Shown here: piece after piece, positions 10,197 through 21,400 of the stretch | Position numbering within the stretch: position 1 is the first letter of the stretch | How the letters are laid out: each line of letters opens with the position of its first letter | Position numbers and translations under genes: made by a program | Notes under the pieces: generated by a model | The model's input: the letters and a program-made list of their open reading frames with translations, nothing else | What the model was told of the DNA's origin: nothing | Database searches by the model: none | Assembly (NCBI GenBank): GCA_017555825.1 | Contig: JAFZFQ010000037.1 | Coordinates: forward strand, 862 to 64,861 | DNA: 64,000 bases | Direction: 5' to 3' | From: Bacteroidaceae bacterium | GTDB lineage: Bacteria > Bacteroidota > Bacteroidia > Bacteroidales > Barnesiellaceae_A

Positions 10197-10892
10197 ATGG
10201 GAAAGAAAAAATTGGTGGTACTCACCGGTGCCGGCATGAGTGCCGAGAGTGGTATATCGACCTTCCGCGACAGTGGCGGATTGTGGGAGAAATATAATGT
10301 CGAAGATGTAGCCTCGATAGAGGGCTGGCATCGCAATCCGGCTCTTGTGCAGGAGTTCTACAACGCCCGTCGCAAGCAGTTGGTAACCGTGCAACCCAAC
10401 GATGGCCACCGTGCATTGGCGGCTCTTGAGCAAGACTACGACGTGCGCATCATTACCCAGAATGTCGACAACCTGCACGAGCGCGCCGGTAGCACACAAG
10501 TGCTACACCTACATGGCGAGCTGATGAAAGTGCGCTCTACGCGCGACGAAAGCCGCATCTACGAGCTCACGCCCGACCACTGCGAGATAACTATGGAGTC
10601 GCGCGACGAGTATGGCGATACCATGCGCCCCCACATCGTCTTCTTTGGCGAAGCCGTGCCCATGATAGAGCCCGCTATAGAACTCACCGAGCAAGCCGAC
10701 ATCTATGTCGTTATAGGCACCTCGCTCAACGTCTATCCCGCCGCCGGGCTCTTGCACTATGTGCGCCGAGGCACACCTATCTACCTTATAGACCCCCAGC
10801 CCGTCAATGCCCCAGCCGGCATGAACATACACTTCATCGCCAAAGGCGCCACCCAAGGCGTAGCCGAGCTGATAGAACTGCTCAAGAAGTAG
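10197..10892 (+). CDS. cobB: NAD-dependent protein deacylase (sirtuin)
   Basis: LTGAGMSAESGISTFR, TQNVDNLHERAG, HLHG, GTSLNVYPAA. Start placed at ATG 10197 rather than 10083. Confidence 0.93.
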   Translation: MGKKKLVVLTGAGMSAESGISTFRDSGGLWEKYNVEDVASIEGWHRNPALVQEFYNARRKQLVTVQPNDGHRALAALEQDYDVRIITQNVDNLHERAGSTQVLHLHGELMKVRSTRDESRIYELTPDHCEITMESRDEYGDTMRPHIVFFGEAVPMIEPAIELTEQADIYVVIGTSLNVYPAAGLLHYVRRGTPIYLIDPQPVNAPAGMNIHFIAKGATQGVAELIELLKK

Positions 10893-10917
10893 GATATAAA
10901 ACCCCTCTAAAATACAA

Positions 10918-10962
10918 ACACCACCTTTGTGAAATATCGTTTCATCAAAGGTGGTGTATTTT
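10918..10962 (+). terminator. Hairpin/terminator after cobB
   Basis: ACACCACCTTTG...CAAAGGTGGTGT followed by ATTTT. Confidence 0.65.
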
Positions 10963-11026
10963 GTTGTGGTATAGTGTGTTAGGTGCTGTTTTGCCAACTA
11001 TTTTTTGCCACATTACACAAACATTT

Positions 11027-11069
11027 AGAGGGCGGCAATAGGTCGTTGAACCTATTGCCGCCCTCTTTT
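11027..11069. terminator. 17-bp perfect hairpin at the tRNA 3' side
   Basis: AGAGGGCGGCAATAGGT / ACCTATTGCCGCCCTCT. Confidence 0.7.
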
Positions 11070-11072
11070 CAG

Positions 11073-11144
11073 TACCTCCGCTGGGAATCGAACCCAAATC
11101 TACGGTTTAGGAAACCGCTATTCTATCCGTTGAACTACAGAGGC
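11073..11144 (-). tRNA. tRNA-Arg(CCT), CCA not encoded
   Basis: Cloverleaf: GCCTCTG/CGGAGGT acceptor, anticodon arm GCGGT-TTCCTAA-ACCGT, T-arm TTGGG-TTCGATT-CCCAG. Confidence 0.95.
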
Positions 11145-11174
11145 AGTATGCTTTTGTCTATACTGTATGTGCTA

Positions 11175-12284
11175 TTATTCGCCACCAAATTCCATGAGGT
11201 AGGCTTTGATGAAGTCGTCTATCTCGCCATCCATTACGCGGTTTACGTCGGATGTTTGGTAGTTGGTACGGTGGTCTTTCACACGACGGTCGTCGAAGAC
11301 GTAGCTGCGTATTTGTGAGCCCCACTCGATTTTTTTCTTGCCGGCTTCTATCTTGGCTTGCTCTTCCATGCGGTGCTTCAACTCTTTGTCGTAGAGTATT
11401 GAGCGGAGTTGGCGCAAGGCGTTTTCTTTGTTCTTGGGTTGGTCGCGTGTCTCGGTGTTCTCGATGAGGATTTCCTCTTCTTCGCCGGTGTAGGGGTCTT
11501 TGTATTGGTAACGCAGACGCACACCCGACTCTACTTTATTCACGTTCTGACCACCGGCACCGCCCGAGCGGAAGGTGTCCCACGAGATGAGTGCGGGGCT
11601 GATGTTTACCTCGATGGTGTCGTCGACAAGGGGTGTAACGAATACTGAGGCAAACGAGGTCATGCGCTTGCCTTGTGCATTGTAGGGCGATACGCGCACG
11701 AGACGGTGTACGCCGTTTTCGCTCTTGAGGTATCCGTAGGCAAAGTCGCCCTCGATTTGCATCGATACCGATTTGATACCGGCTTCGTCGCCCTCGATGA
11801 GGTGAGCTATGGCTACCTTGTAGTTGTTGCGCTCGCCCCAGCGCATATAGAGGCGCATGAGCATCGAGGCCCAGTCTTGGCTCTCGGTACCACCGGCTCC
11901 CGAGTTTATCTTGAGCATTACGCTCATCTTGTCTTCTTCGCGACGCAACATGTTGCGCAACTCAAGATCCTCGATGAGTTTCATAGCGCGTTGGTAGGCA
12001 TTATCAACGTCGGCTTCTTCCACAACGCCCTCTTTTACAAACTCGTAGGCGAGTTGCAACTCTTCAACGGCCTTTTCTACCTCGGTGTAGCCTTCGATCC
12101 AAAATCTTATTTCTTTGATTTTTTTCATCTGTGCTTCGGCCTTCTTTTGGTCGTTCCAGAAGTCGGGCACATGGGTGCGTAGCTCTTCCTCCTCGACTTG
12201 AATTTTCTTGGTGTCGATGTCGAGGTAGCGGTATAGTGCGCTGCGGCGCTCTTCGGTCTCTTTGAGTTGTTCTACGGTTATCAT
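11175..12284 (-). CDS. prfB: Peptide chain release factor 2, uninterrupted ORF
   Basis: GAGGTES, GVHRLVRVSPY (SPF-type motif), GGQ, WGSQIRSY; TACCTTTG promoter at 12352-12359. Confidence 0.96.
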   Translation of the reverse strand: MITVEQLKETEERRSALYRYLDIDTKKIQVEEEELRTHVPDFWNDQKKAEAQMKKIKEIRFWIEGYTEVEKAVEELQLAYEFVKEGVVEEADVDNAYQRAMKLIEDLELRNMLRREEDKMSVMLKINSGAGGTESQDWASMLMRLYMRWGERNNYKVAIAHLIEGDEAGIKSVSMQIEGDFAYGYLKSENGVHRLVRVSPYNAQGKRMTSFASVFVTPLVDDTIEVNISPALISWDTFRSGGAGGQNVNKVESGVRLRYQYKDPYTGEEEEILIENTETRDQPKNKENALRQLRSILYDKELKHRMEEQAKIEAGKKKIEWGSQIRSYVFDDRRVKDHRTNYQTSDVNRVMDGEIDDFIKAYLMEFGGE

Positions 12285-12399
12285 TGAGGATTTTTATGCT
12301 TTATGTTGCGGTTTCTATGCCTTGTTTTTTATAAAAAAGCACAAGGGCGTACAAAGGTAGTACGTCCTTGTGTTATTTGCCAAATATTGAGCCGATTTT

Positions 12400-14211
12400 T
12401 TATGAATACATCAACTCGATTTCTTTCTTGTATATTTGGTTGATGACAGGGCGGCGCACCTTGAGGGTGTTGGTCAACTCGCCACGTTCCATAGTGAAGG
12501 CGTGGGGAAGAAGGGTGAACTTCTTGATTTGCTCGAAGGGTGCAAAGTTCTTTTGCAACTCGGCAATGCGGCCTTCTATCATGGTGTAGATTTCTTGGTT
12601 TTTCACCAAGTCCTCGAAGGTGTGGAACTGTATTTGCATCTTCTTGGCATAGTCGGTAAGTGCCTCGTATGCAGGAACGATAATGGCGGTAACATACTTG
12701 CGTTGGTCGCCTATCACGGCTATTTGCTCGATAAAGCGGTCGCCACCCAAGCAGCTCTCGATGGCTTGCGGAGCAATGTACTTGCCGTTTGAGGTCTTGA
12801 AGAGGTCTTTGATGCGCTCGGTGATAGACAGTTTGCCATCTTCATAAGCACCGGCATCGCCTGTGCGGAACCAACCATCTTCGGTAAATACCTTGGCGGT
12901 CTCTTCGGGCTTTTTGTAGTAGCCTTGCATCACTGTACCGCTCTTGACGAGAATCTCGTTGTTGTTCTCGGTGTCGATGCGTACCTCTACCTCGGGCATC
13001 ACTGTGCCTACTGTACCTATCTTGTAGTCGTGTGCGAGGAAGCAAGATACTGTTGCGGTAGTCTCAGACAATCCGTAGCCATAGGTGATGGGCATACCGC
13101 ACGAGAGCAAGAACTCGTTGATAGAATCGCCGAGGGGAGCACCGGCAACGGGGAAGAGTACACCGTTGTTTACACCCACTGTGTAGCGTATCTTCGAGAG
13201 GATAATCTTGTCGAACAACTTATATTGCAAGTTGAGCAAGAGAGGTATATTGCGACCTTTGCTCTTGTATTCGAGGTAGTATTTGCGACCGGTTTTCAAA
13301 GCGGCTTTTATCAACTTGGCCTTTACACCGGTTTGCTTGGCGATAAAGTCTTGTATACCTCCATATACTTTCTCCCAGAAGCGGGGCACGTTGCACAACA
13401 ACGAGGGGCGTACCTCCTTGAGGGTGTCGGCAATGGTCTTGGGGTCGCGGTTGATAACAATGCGAATACCTCTGAAGAGACAGAAGTAGCTCCAAGCACG
13501 CTCAAAGATGTGTGTCATGGGCAAGAAACTGAGCGACACATCCTCATCGCTGATCATGGTGAGGCGCTCGTCGTGTATGCGCATGATGATATCGTAGTTG
13601 GTGTGCGAGAGCATTACACCCTTGGGCTCGCCGGTAGTACCCGATGTGTAGATGAGGGTAGCGAGGTCTTCGGGGCGTGCCGAGCGTGTGCGACGCTCAA
13701 CCTCGGCTTTTACTTCGGCCGAAGCGTTTTCGCCCATTGCCATGAACTCGTCCAAGTAGATACTTTGGCTATCGCCTTCGGCACGTACAACTTGACGGTC
13801 GAAGATGACTACATGCTCTACAAGCGGACAGTTGGCGCGAGCCTGCATCCATACATCGTATTGAGGTTGCTCGCCAATGAAGAGGAAGCGAGCCTCGGTT
13901 TCGTTGATGATGTAGGTAATCTGGTCGGCCGAGCTGGTAGCGTATAGGGGGGCAATTACTGCGCGGTTTTGGAAAGCACCGTGGTCTACTACAAGACCGT
14001 GAATGGTGTTTTGAGTAAATGTTGTGATATTCTCTTTTTCCTTAATACCTAATTGCGCCAATGCAAGGGCGGCTTTGTCTACGAGCGCCTTGAATTCGTT
14101 CCAAGAGGTTGATATCCACTCGTTTGTTACATAGTCTTTGTGACGGATGGCTTCGCGCTCTCCGTACTTTTCGGCCTGACGTGCAGGCATAGATGTCATT
14201 TGATTGATCAT
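12400..14211 (-). CDS. Long-chain fatty acid-CoA ligase
   Basis: YTSGTTGEPKG, YGYGLSET, GWFRTGD, KTSNGKYIAP. Confidence 0.93.
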   Translation of the reverse strand: MINQMTSMPARQAEKYGEREAIRHKDYVTNEWISTSWNEFKALVDKAALALAQLGIKEKENITTFTQNTIHGLVVDHGAFQNRAVIAPLYATSSADQITYIINETEARFLFIGEQPQYDVWMQARANCPLVEHVVIFDRQVVRAEGDSQSIYLDEFMAMGENASAEVKAEVERRTRSARPEDLATLIYTSGTTGEPKGVMLSHTNYDIIMRIHDERLTMISDEDVSLSFLPMTHIFERAWSYFCLFRGIRIVINRDPKTIADTLKEVRPSLLCNVPRFWEKVYGGIQDFIAKQTGVKAKLIKAALKTGRKYYLEYKSKGRNIPLLLNLQYKLFDKIILSKIRYTVGVNNGVLFPVAGAPLGDSINEFLLSCGMPITYGYGLSETTATVSCFLAHDYKIGTVGTVMPEVEVRIDTENNNEILVKSGTVMQGYYKKPEETAKVFTEDGWFRTGDAGAYEDGKLSITERIKDLFKTSNGKYIAPQAIESCLGGDRFIEQIAVIGDQRKYVTAIIVPAYEALTDYAKKMQIQFHTFEDLVKNQEIYTMIEGRIAELQKNFAPFEQIKKFTLLPHAFTMERGELTNTLKVRRPVINQIYKKEIELMYS

Positions 14212-14300
14212 AAAAAGTCAATTAGTTCGGCGCAAAGGTAGAGATAATGCCTCGTAAAAGTTGTTTGTGACAAGTAATAAATGCCAAAAAGTGCCCTATA

Positions 14301-14337
14301 ATTGCACAATTGCACACCATATGTGCATGTGTGCAAT
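14301..14337. repeat. Palindrome built of tandem 8-mers
   Basis: ATTGCACA-ATTGCACA-ccata-TGTGCATG-TGTGCAAT. Confidence 0.5.
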
Positions 14338-14383
14338 GCGCTTTGTCACATAGCCTTGGTATATATCAACAAAAAAGGTTGGG

Positions 14384-15358
14384 TTATTTTTCTCGGCTGA
14401 TAGTGTAGTCGAGCAGGGCGACGAGGGCTTCGCTTGCGTTGTTGTGGGGCAGTGTGTCGAGTATAGCCACGGCCTCGTTGCGCAATTGTTGCATGCGAGT
14501 TTGGGCATACTCTATGCCGCCATGTTCCTTGGCATAGTTGATAAGGGTGTCAATGCTCTTGCTGTCGAGGTTGTCTGTGTCGAGCAGTGTGCGCATGCGC
14601 AAGTTTTCTTCGTCGTTGTGGTGGGTGATGGCATAGAGCAACGGCAGGGTTATCTTGCCCTCTCGCAGGTCGTTGCCGGTAGGCTTGCCTATCACGCTCT
14701 CTTCGTAGTAGTCGAAGATGTCGTCTTTTATTTGGAAGCAGAGGCCGAGTAGCTCGCCATATTGTTCGAGCTTTGCGCAGGTCTCATCGTCGGCTTGAGC
14801 CGATATAGCGCCCACGTGCATACAGGTGCGGAAGAGCGAGGCTGTCTTGCGACGTATTACCTCGAAGTAGGCCTCCTCCGATAGACGGTGTTGACGAGCA
14901 TTATCGATTTGATTTATCTCGCCGTGTGCAAGTTCTTGACCAAGCCTGCCCATTGCAGCAATAATCTGCATGTTGTTGGTCTCTACACCACATTGCAAGG
15001 CACAAGATACAAAGTGGTCGCCCATGAGCACGGCCAGTCGGTTATCTTCCATTGCATTGATGGTGGGCAGTCCGCGACGATACAACGAGGTGTCTATCAC
15101 ATCGTCGTGTATAAGGCTGGCATTGTGCATGAGCTCAATAGCTGCTGCCGAGTAGATAGTATCGGGGGTAATATCGCCAATCATGCGCGCACACAACATG
15201 ATAAGAATGGGGCGTATCTGCTTACCCTTGGTGAGCAGATAACGGTCGACTATCTTATCGATCAACTGGTTTCCTGTGTGGAGCCTCTCGGACAATATGC
15301 GGTTGAGAGTAACCAATTCGTCGTTTATAGGTGCTTGTATGGCAGATAATACATCCAT
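14384..15358 (-). CDS. Polyprenyl diphosphate synthase (IspB-like)
   Basis: GKQIRP, LIHDDVID..RRG, FQIKDD, GNDLREGK. Start moved to MDVLS because TACTTTTG lies at 15380-15387. Confidence 0.92.
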   Translation of the reverse strand: MDVLSAIQAPINDELVTLNRILSERLHTGNQLIDKIVDRYLLTKGKQIRPILIMLCARMIGDITPDTIYSAAAIELMHNASLIHDDVIDTSLYRRGLPTINAMEDNRLAVLMGDHFVSCALQCGVETNNMQIIAAMGRLGQELAHGEINQIDNARQHRLSEEAYFEVIRRKTASLFRTCMHVGAISAQADDETCAKLEQYGELLGLCFQIKDDIFDYYEESVIGKPTGNDLREGKITLPLLYAITHHNDEENLRMRTLLDTDNLDSKSIDTLINYAKEHGGIEYAQTRMQQLRNEAVAILDTLPHNNASEALVALLDYTISREK

Positions 15359-15556
15359 TGTCTTTCTGAAAAATCGTCGCAAAAGTACAAATAAAACTTT
15401 GCTAAAGCAATAGTTGGCTGTGCATAATGATATAATCTTTATAAAATATCTGTTGTTTGCTATTTTATGTTTTATTGCTTTGCGTCGTTGGCATATCTTT
15501 CGCTTGTCTTGTTGTAAAAAACGTGGGGCACTTTTTGATGTTTTGTGCCTTTTTTG

Positions 15557-15564
15557 TATCTTTG
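15557..15564 (+). promoter_or_regulatory. Bacteroidota primary-sigma -7 element for polA
   Basis: TATCTTTG matches TAnnTTTG, with TTTG upstream. Confidence 0.6.
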
Positions 15565-15620
15565 TTCGTTAAGCCTAACGATGGCTTTTCCATTATAATG
15601 CACTAAAAACTAATACGAAA

Positions 15621-18416
15621 ATGGGCGAAAATACTACTCGGCAGAGGCTCTTTTTGATAGATGCTTATGCGTTGATATATAGGTCTTATTATGCTTTTAT
15701 AAAAAATCCGCGCATCAACTCGCGTGGTGAGAATACGTCGGCGATACTCGGATTTGTCAATACGCTGGAAGATGTGTTGCGACGCGAAAATCCCACGCAC
15801 ATAGCGGTGGGTTTTGACCCGCATGGGCCAACATTTCGTCATGAGGCCTACGAGCGCTATAAGGCGCAGCGTGAGGAGACTCCCGAGGCTATACGCTTTG
15901 CAGTACCTATCATCAAGGAGATTATCAAGGCCTATCGCATGCCTATTATAGAAGTAGCCGGTTATGAGGCCGATGATGTAATAGGCTCGTTGGCTGTGAA
16001 GGCCGAAGCTGCAGGATTTGACACTTACATGATGACTCCCGACAAAGATTATGGACAGTTGGTGACCGACCATGTCTTTATGTATCGCCCTCGTTTTGGT
16101 GGCGACTACGATGTGTTGGGCGTGTCGGAGGTGTGTGCCAAGTATGATATTGCATCGCCCAAGCAGGTGATAGATATATTGGGCCTTATGGGCGATAGCT
16201 CCGACAATATACCCGGATGTCCGGGAGTGGGCGAGAAGACTGCTGTCAAGTTGATTCAAGAGTTTGGCTCTATAGACAACCTGTTGGCCAATACCGATAA
16301 ACTGAAAGGTGCTCTACAACGCAAAGTACAGGAAAATCGCGAAATGATAGAGTTCTCGCGTTTCCTTGCAACCATCAAGACCGATGTTGAGGTGGAGTTT
16401 GACGAAGAAGCACTGCGCCGTAAACCCATTGACGAGGATACTCTCCGTCGTATTTTTAATGAAATGGAGTTTCGCACCCTTGCCGACCGTATCTTGGGCA
16501 AGAGCACATCGACTCCTGCTCCTGTGCAACCCGCAGCTCCACAACAAATATCGCTTTTCGACGCCTTCGATGCTGCCGAGCAAGCTCCGCAAGAGGAGGT
16601 TGTGCTCAAGAGTGTGGCCGATGTGCCTCACACCTATCACTTGGTAGATACCGAAGATGCCATGTGGGACTTGGCAGCCCTGCTGGGCAATGCTTCGCAA
16701 TTTGCCTTCGACACCGAGACAACGGGCATTGATGCCATGCAGAGCGAGCTGGTGGGTATGTCGTTTGCTATGCAAGCTCACGAGGCCTACTATGTGCCCG
16801 TTCCGGCCGATCGCGTGACGGCCGAATTGGTAGTAGAGATATTCCGCTCGGCCTTAGAGAACGAGAATATTATGAAAATAGGTCAGAACATCAAGTATGA
16901 CTATATGGTTATGCGCAACTATGGCATAACCCTGCAAGGCAAGATGTTCGACACAATGGTAGCACATTACCTGTTGCAACCCGAGCAACGTCACAACATG
17001 GACTATCTGGCCGAGGTCTATATGCAATATCGCACTATACCCATCGATAGCCTCATTGGTGCCAAAGGCAAGGGGCAGTTGTCGATGCGTCAAGTGCCCA
17101 TAAATGAGGTGTGTGTGTATGCAGCCGAGGATGCCGATGTGACATGGCAACTGTATGAGATACTGCGCGATGAGTTGTCTAAGGAGCAGATGACACAACT
17201 CTTTGAGGAGATAGAAATGCCTCTTGTGCGTGTGCTTGCCGAGATGGAGATGGCCGGCGTGCGTGTAGATGTCGAGGCTTTGCGAGTCTCGGCTCAATCT
17301 CTTGAAGAGCGCATTGTTGCCCTTGAGGGCGAGATACACGAGTTGGCAGGTATGGTGTTCAACATAGCTTCGCCGCGACAAGTAGGTGAAGTGCTTTTTG
17401 AGCACCTCAAGATAGATGCCAAGGCTCGTAAAACCAAGAGTGGACAATACTCAACCACCGAGGAGGTATTGGAACGACTCCGTCCCAATCATCCTATTGT
17501 GGGTAAGATACTCGATATGCGAGGCTTGCGCAAGTTGCTGAGCACATACGTCAATGCTCTGCCCGAGCTTATCAATAAAAAGACAGGCAAGATACACACC
17601 TCGTTCAACCAAACAGTTACGGCTACAGGTCGCCTCAGTTCGAGCAACCCCAACTTGCAGAATATACCCATACGCGACGCCGATGGTCGCGAGATACGTC
17701 GTGCCTTTGTGGCCTCGCCCGGTTGTCGATTCTTCTCGGCCGACTATTCGCAAATTGAACTACGCATCATGGCGCACATGAGTGGCGATAGCTCTATGAT
17801 AGAGGCCTTCAATTCGGGTGCCGATGTACACACTGCTACTGCAGCCAAGATATTCAAAGTGCCTTTTGACGAGGTGACAAGCGATATGCGTCGAAAAGCC
17901 AAGACGGCCAACTTTGGTATCATATATGGTATATCGACCTTTGGACTTGCCGAGCGCCTGAGTATTTCGCGCCCCGAGGCCAAGGAACTCATAGATGGCT
18001 ATTTCGAGACCTATCCGCGCATCAAGGAGTATATGGCGCAGTGTATCGAAGAGGCGCGTAAGTGTGGCTACGTGACTACAATCTGTGGTCGCCGTCGCAT
18101 GCTGCCCGATATCAATTCGCACAATGCCACCGTGCGGGGTTATGCCGAGCGAAATGCCATCAATGCACCCATACAAGGCAGTGCCGCCGATATTATCAAG
18201 ATAGCCATGATAAATATATACAATCGCATGCAACGCGAGGGCTTACAGGCGCGTATGATATTGCAAGTACACGATGAGTTGAACTTTGATGTGCCGGTGA
18301 GTGAGGTTGACCAACTTGCTCGCCTTGTGACCGAGGAGATGCAGCGAGCCTACACCATGTGTGTGCCCTTGACTGCCGACAGCGGTGTGGCCGATAATTG
18401 GCTCGAAGCTCATTGA
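15621..18416 (+). CDS. polA: DNA polymerase I
   Basis: 5'-3' exonuclease (EADDVIG, GDSSDNIPG), FDTET, TGRLSSSNPNLQNIP, DYSQIELR, QVHDEL. Confidence 0.98.
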   Translation: MGENTTRQRLFLIDAYALIYRSYYAFIKNPRINSRGENTSAILGFVNTLEDVLRRENPTHIAVGFDPHGPTFRHEAYERYKAQREETPEAIRFAVPIIKEIIKAYRMPIIEVAGYEADDVIGSLAVKAEAAGFDTYMMTPDKDYGQLVTDHVFMYRPRFGGDYDVLGVSEVCAKYDIASPKQVIDILGLMGDSSDNIPGCPGVGEKTAVKLIQEFGSIDNLLANTDKLKGALQRKVQENREMIEFSRFLATIKTDVEVEFDEEALRRKPIDEDTLRRIFNEMEFRTLADRILGKSTSTPAPVQPAAPQQISLFDAFDAAEQAPQEEVVLKSVADVPHTYHLVDTEDAMWDLAALLGNASQFAFDTETTGIDAMQSELVGMSFAMQAHEAYYVPVPADRVTAELVVEIFRSALENENIMKIGQNIKYDYMVMRNYGITLQGKMFDTMVAHYLLQPEQRHNMDYLAEVYMQYRTIPIDSLIGAKGKGQLSMRQVPINEVCVYAAEDADVTWQLYEILRDELSKEQMTQLFEEIEMPLVRVLAEMEMAGVRVDVEALRVSAQSLEERIVALEGEIHELAGMVFNIASPRQVGEVLFEHLKIDAKARKTKSGQYSTTEEVLERLRPNHPIVGKILDMRGLRKLLSTYVNALPELINKKTGKIHTSFNQTVTATGRLSSSNPNLQNIPIRDADGREIRRAFVASPGCRFFSADYSQIELRIMAHMSGDSSMIEAFNSGADVHTATAAKIFKVPFDEVTSDMRRKAKTANFGIIYGISTFGLAERLSISRPEAKELIDGYFETYPRIKEYMAQCIEEARKCGYVTTICGRRRMLPDINSHNATVRGYAERNAINAPIQGSAADIIKIAMINIYNRMQREGLQARMILQVHDELNFDVPVSEVDQLARLVTEEMQRAYTMCVPLTADSGVADNWLEAH

Positions 18417-18437
18417 TAATCATATAAAAATGTGCAC

Positions 18438-21400
18438 ATGGAGCTTGTAGAACTCAAATCGGTAATTAATACCCCTGCGCGTAAAAAGGCGTTGCTTGCT
18501 GTATTGTCGGATAGAAAAGTGAAACGCATTGCCCTTGCCGGTCTCGAAGGCTCGGCGGTGGCTTTTGCCTTGTGCAACTTGCTCGATACGGGCAAGCACA
18601 CCATCATAGTGGCCGGCGATAGTGACGAGGCGGGATATTTATATCACGACCTTGTGCAACTCGAAGGTGAGCAACGTGTGGCCTTTTTCCCCTCGGGCTA
18701 TAAGCGCAATATCAAATATGGTCAGGTAGATGCCCCGGCGGGCATCATGCGTACCGATGTGCTCAACCGTCTCAAGCTCAAAGAACCTCTCTTGGTTGTG
18801 ACTTACCCGGAGGCAATAGCCGAGAAAGTGGTGCAGGAGAAGGTGTTGGAGCAAAACACCTTGCATATAAGCATACAAGAGCCGGTAGATATAACCTTTG
18901 TTGCCCAGGTGTTGCGTGAGTATGGATTTGCCCGTGTCGACTATGTGTATGAGCCGGGTCAGTATGCCGTGCGCGGTAGTATTCTTGACGTCTTTTCATA
19001 CTCAAATGAGTATCCCTATCGCATTGACTTCTTTGGCGACGATGTAGAGAGTATTCGTTCGTTTGATGTCGATAGCCAACTCTCGCGCGAGAAACACGAT
19101 GAGGTGTATATAATACCCAATGTGTGCAACCGTGTGGAAAACGGTGTATCGTTGCTCGAATTTGTCGACGCCAAGACTCTCTTTGCCTTTGGCGACTTGG
19201 CACGTACCATCGACCGCATTATAGAGCTGTCGAAAGAGACCCTTGCTGTGCAAGCCTATGTTACCGAGGAAGTCGATGTAAATGCCATGCAAAAGATAGT
19301 CGATGCCGATGCTTTTGCACGCAGTTTGGTGTCGTTTCGTCGCATTGAATATGGCAAAAAGACCATAGAAACGCCACAAGCAACTATCGAATATAACTGT
19401 TCACTGCAGGGTATATATCATAAGAATTTTGACCTTGTAAGCGACTCGTTTGTTAAGTTCCAACAAGAGGGCTACAAGCTATATATTGCCAGCGATAACG
19501 AAAAGCAGACCGATCGCCTGCGCGATATCTTTGCCGATCGTGGTGACGATATAACCTTTACCCCTATTTTGCACACCGTTCATGCCGGCTTTGTCGATAA
19601 TGATATGAAGGTGTGTTGTTTTACCGACCACCAGATATTTGACCGCTTTCACAAGTATAACCTCAAGAGCGACAGAGCACGCTCGGGCAAGATGGCGCTG
19701 TCGTTGCGCGAACTGCAACAAATCGAGGTGGGCGACTACTTGGTGCATATAGACCATGGTATAGGACAATTTGGTGGACTCACTCACACCGAGATTGCCG
19801 GCAAGAAGCAAGAGGCCATCAAGGTGATATACAAGAATGGCGACCTGATATATGTGAGCATTCATGCGTTGCACAAGTTGTCGAAGTATCGCTCAAAAGA
19901 GGGCGAGGCTCCTACGCTCAACCGATTGGGTACTGGAGCATGGGAGCGCATGAAAGAGCGCACCAAGAGCAAGATGAAAGATATTGCTCGCGACCTCATC
20001 AAGCTCTATGCAGCTCGCCGACAAGAGAAGGGTTTTGCCTATTCGCCCGACAACTTTATGCAACACGAGTTGGAGGCTTCGTTTATATATGAAGATACCC
20101 CCGACCAAGTAAAGGCTACGCAAGACGTCAAGGGTGATATGGAGAGTGCGCGCCCGATGGATCGCCTCATCTGTGGCGATGTGGGCTTTGGCAAGACCGA
20201 GGTTGCCATTCGTGCGGCTTTCAAAGCTACTTGCGACAACAAACAGGTAGCAGTGCTCGTTCCTACTACGGTGTTGGCTTTTCAGCACTACCAGACCTTC
20301 AGCGACCGCTTGCGCGAGTTTCCGGTGAGGGTCGAGTATCTGAGTCGTGCACGCAAGCCCAAGGAAGTGCGACGTATACTCGCCGAACTCAAAGAGGGCA
20401 AGGTGGATATTCTCATAGGTACGCACCGCATCATAGGCAAGGATGTAGAATTTAAAGACTTGGGCCTCTTGGTTATTGACGAAGAGCAAAAGTTTGGTGT
20501 GGCAGTCAAGGAGAAGCTCAAGCAGATGAAGGTCAATGTCGATACCCTTACCATGTCGGCAACCCCCATTCCGCGCACATTGCAGTTCTCATTGATGGGA
20601 GCACGCGATCTCTCGGCCATTACCACGCCACCATCCAATCGCTATCCTATAATGACCGAGGTTCACTCTTTCAACGAAGATATTATCCGTGAGGCTGTCA
20701 ACTTTGAGATGAGTCGCAATGGTCAGGTCTTTTTTGTCAACAATAATATTGAGCAACTTGCTACATTGCACAACCTCATTACACGTCTTGTGCCCGACGT
20801 GCGCATAGCCATAGGTCATGGTCGCATGTCGCCCGATGAGTTGGAAAAAGTGATACTCGACTTTGTCAACTACGACTACGATGTGCTGTTGGCAACTACT
20901 ATTATCGAGAGTGGTATAGATATGCCCAATACCAATACTATTATTATAAATAATGCGCACAAATTTGGCCTGAGCGAGTTGCATCAATTGCGAGGTCGGG
21001 TAGGTCGTAGCAATCGCAAGGCTTTTTGTTACCTACTCACACCGCCACACCATGCCTTCAGCGAGGAGTCGCGTCGTCGCTTGCAAGCCATCGAGAGCTT
21101 CTCGGATCTGGGTAGTGGTATTCATATTGCCATGCAAGACCTCGATATACGCGGAGCCGGCAACTTGCTGGGAGCCGAGCAGAGTGGTTTTATTGCCGAT
21201 CTTGGCTATGAGACCTACCAAAAAATCTTGCAAGAGGCAGTTTCAGAGCTCAAGACACAGGAGTTTAGCGAGCTTTACTATAGCGAGAGTGATAAGGGTG
21301 GCGCCGAGACCTATGTGGCCGATTGTCAATTTGAATCGGATCTCAATCTTTTTATTTCGGCCGACTATGTGCCTATGGACAATGAGCGCATTACCCTATA

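Noticed and set aside
15489-15503. Sigma-54-like TGGCAT-N5-TCGC upstream of polA
   Set aside because: Mismatch in the -12 element, a canonical TATCTTTG promoter lies closer, and no activator gene is nearby.
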